DNA of 64,000 nt from Nitrosopumilaceae archaeon (lineage in GTDB: Archaea > Thermoproteota > Nitrososphaeria > Nitrososphaerales > Nitrosopumilaceae). The position numbers and the translations under genes are program-made. How positions within the stretch are numbered: position 1 is the stretch's first letter; each line of letters opens with the position of its first letter. Under the pieces are notes generated by a model, which was not told the DNA's origin, searched no databases, and saw only the letters and a program-made list of their open reading frames with translations. Of the stretch, positions 62,043-64,000 are shown one piece after another. The stretch is from NCBI GenBank assembly GCA_965200155.1, contig CBDATR010000010.1, forward strand, positions 352,001 to 416,000, read 5' to 3'.

Positions 62043-62492
62043 TTGGCCATCCAGTACCTGGCTCTGTCTACCATGATAGTATTGTACTCCTTGATGTTTA
62101 TTGGCGGGTACATATCCGCGGCGGGTCTTGGACTGACTTGTCCGGAATGGCCACTCTGCCCCAACGGCATTATGCCCTCAGAGGAGTATCTTATTGAATG
62201 GGTGCACCGGCTGATAGCTGCCACCACCGGAGCTCTGGTACTGGCAACTATGGTAGCTTCCTACTTGAACCGCAATGCTGACATAAAGATCAAGGTAACC
62301 AGCTCCATGGCTTCGGTATTTGTTGTTACACAGATAACATTGGGGGCGCTGGTGATAGATCTTAAACTCCACGCGGTTCTGGTAGCTGTACATCTTGGCA
62401 TAGGCATACTACTCTTTTCCATGGTGCTGCTTACGACGCTCTATGCGTTCCGGATTGCTCGCGCTAAGAAACTGAGCGCTGGCGTTTCATAA
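62043..62492 (+). CDS. ctaA: Heme A synthase (short CtaA/COX15)
   Basis: CPEWPLC, EWVHR, VHL. Confidence 0.88.
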   Translation: MAIQYLALSTMIVLYSLMFIGGYISAAGLGLTCPEWPLCPNGIMPSEEYLIEWVHRLIAATTGALVLATMVASYLNRNADIKIKVTSSMASVFVVTQITLGALVIDLKLHAVLVAVHLGIGILLFSMVLLTTLYAFRIARAKKLSAGVS

Positions 62493-62973
62493 TCTTTGGC
62501 GCATAAATGTAAATCATTATCCCAGTAAATGTCAGGGCACCCGTGGTTATGGCGAATATGAAGATGTATCCAAATGGGCTCTGCGTTCCCATGTTGAACG
62601 TATATGTAAGCGTCTGCCCGTCATCGCTCATTTCATAGAGATCCACTATGACTATATGATTTCCCTCCTGCTCCCACGTGTATGAAATGTCCCAATGTGC
62701 GCCTTCGTTATACGTGGGCGGGATTGCCGATATTTGCTGGTCATCGTAAAAGAACCTAATGCCCATGGTAAATTCGTCTACCTCTACAAAATCCCGGTCA
62801 GTCACTCTTATGAGTATGTTGGATGGCTCTCCTATGGGCGGAAATTCCGGTGTTGTGGCAACTTGGACCCTGTACCCGCCATAGAACTTTTCCGCGGAGT
62901 TAAACAGGGAGTGGGCATGCGCATCGGCGCCGAACAGTGTTACAACCAGAACCAGTACAGCATACTTCATCAT
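62464..62973 (-). CDS. Secreted/membrane hypothetical protein
   Basis: Signal peptide (AHAHS), C-terminal TM helix. Confidence 0.65.
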   Translation of the reverse strand: MMKYAVLVLVVTLFGADAHAHSLFNSAEKFYGGYRVQVATTPEFPPIGEPSNILIRVTDRDFVEVDEFTMGIRFFYDDQQISAIPPTYNEGAHWDISYTWEQEGNHIVIVDLYEMSDDGQTLTYTFNMGTQSPFGYIFIFAITTGALTFTGIMIYIYAPKIMKRQRSVS

Positions 62974-63099
62974 ATACTGAATGGGTGATGCCGAATATAT
63001 CCTATGGTGCCCACTGTATGTCTAATTCGTCGTGCAAGCAAACATGAATTTGTGTCACCAATTTATGATTTATAAGTAGACCAAGATGAATCACCATAC

Positions 63100-63552
63100 A
63101 TGGCTAAGGTTTACGATGTGCCCCCAAATGTGCTGATAGAGCGGTTGGCCGTATACCTCAAAGAGAATGGCATGATTGTCCCTTCGTGGGCTCCCTTTGT
63201 AAAGACGGGATCACATGCGGACAAGCCGCCACAGCAAAGTGACTGGTGGTATACCCGTTGCGCCTCCATACTGCGAAAGATATACCTTTCCGGGCCTGTG
63301 GGGGTAAGTGAGTTGTGTGTAGTATATGGTGGCGGTAAGCCGTCAGGATATGGCGCGGCACATCATCGACCGGCCGGTGGGGCCATAATACGCAATGCCA
63401 TACACGGCTTGGAGGATATGGGACTTGTGAAGCGGATGGATAGAAGGGGTCGCGTAGTTACAAGTAAGGGCATGAAGGAGCTTGACGGTATGGCCACCGA
63501 GATATTAAAAGAGATGGTATCTACAAATCCTGCCCTAAGGGTATACCTATGA
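63100..63552 (+). CDS. rps19e: 30S ribosomal protein S19e
   Basis: VYDVP, WAPFVKTG, WWYTRCASILRK. Confidence 0.96.
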   Translation: MAKVYDVPPNVLIERLAVYLKENGMIVPSWAPFVKTGSHADKPPQQSDWWYTRCASILRKIYLSGPVGVSELCVVYGGGKPSGYGAAHHRPAGGAIIRNAIHGLEDMGLVKRMDRRGRVVTSKGMKELDGMATEILKEMVSTNPALRVYL

Positions 63553-63821
63553 GCATCCCTCCGGAATTTGATGATGGAAAGGAGCGTGAGATCGCTGCCC
63601 AAAAAGACACACTGTTGCGCCAAATACTCTCCCCGGAAGCTAGGATGCGTTTGGGTAATGTTCGCATGGTACGAAAGGATCTGGCTACCAGTGTGGAGAA
63701 CTATCTGATGAACATGTTCAGCCAGGGCCGCATTCAGCCTCCGGTCTCTGATGATCAGCTCAAGCAGATACTGATATCCATGCAGCAGCCCCGCCGGGGC
63801 TTCAAGATGAACCGTGTTTGA
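63549..63821 (+). CDS. PDCD5-like DNA-binding protein
   Basis: LRQILSPEARMRL, VENYL, LKQIL. Confidence 0.9.
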   Translation: MSIPPEFDDGKEREIAAQKDTLLRQILSPEARMRLGNVRMVRKDLATSVENYLMNMFSQGRIQPPVSDDQLKQILISMQQPRRGFKMNRV

Positions 63822-64000
63822 TAATGGTAAAACCAAACCTACCTGTCATACTCTTTATGGACTCCTCTATGTCTGTAGTTGCCGTATCCTGGTGAATGTG
63901 CAGACAGGTCTGTAGTCCACCCTTTAGTGCCTCCCCCATCTCCCCTGTGTTAAGTGGAATGCAATCGTCTATGGTTGATACGTCACGTACATCTATGACA

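Overview
64 kb of an ammonia-oxidising archaeon (Nitrososphaerota/Thaumarchaeota, Nitrosopumilaceae- or Cenarchaeum-like). The assignment rests on 4-hydroxybutyryl-CoA dehydratase, an Amt transporter, A-type ATP synthase, split coxB/coxA/cupredoxin/ctaA, cbi genes, PEFG-CTERM and CFI-box surface proteins, RpoL-TFS and rps19e. Core genes look intact, but the intergenic space is packed with decayed mobile DNA (IS66, IS200/IS605 tnpB, IS5, IS630 and IS481 remnants), which suggests a host-associated genome with IS expansion. The most striking non-genic signal is a 92-101 bp hairpin MITE (TIR GTATGAGTTCAC, 8-bp target duplications). It has 10 near-intact copies plus relics and shares its ends with a local IS66-like element. 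It moves singly, as MITE+half-IS66 composites and as a two-MITE composite carrying cargo. Also found: two 18-19 bp hairpin micro-insertions with 5-bp duplications inside tnpB, a second GTAACCGTTTAGGTC-ended MITE family, a perfect 13x39-bp coding repeat, and two unannotated paralogous ~50-aa proteins. Family assignments come from motif recognition and recall only; no searches were run.
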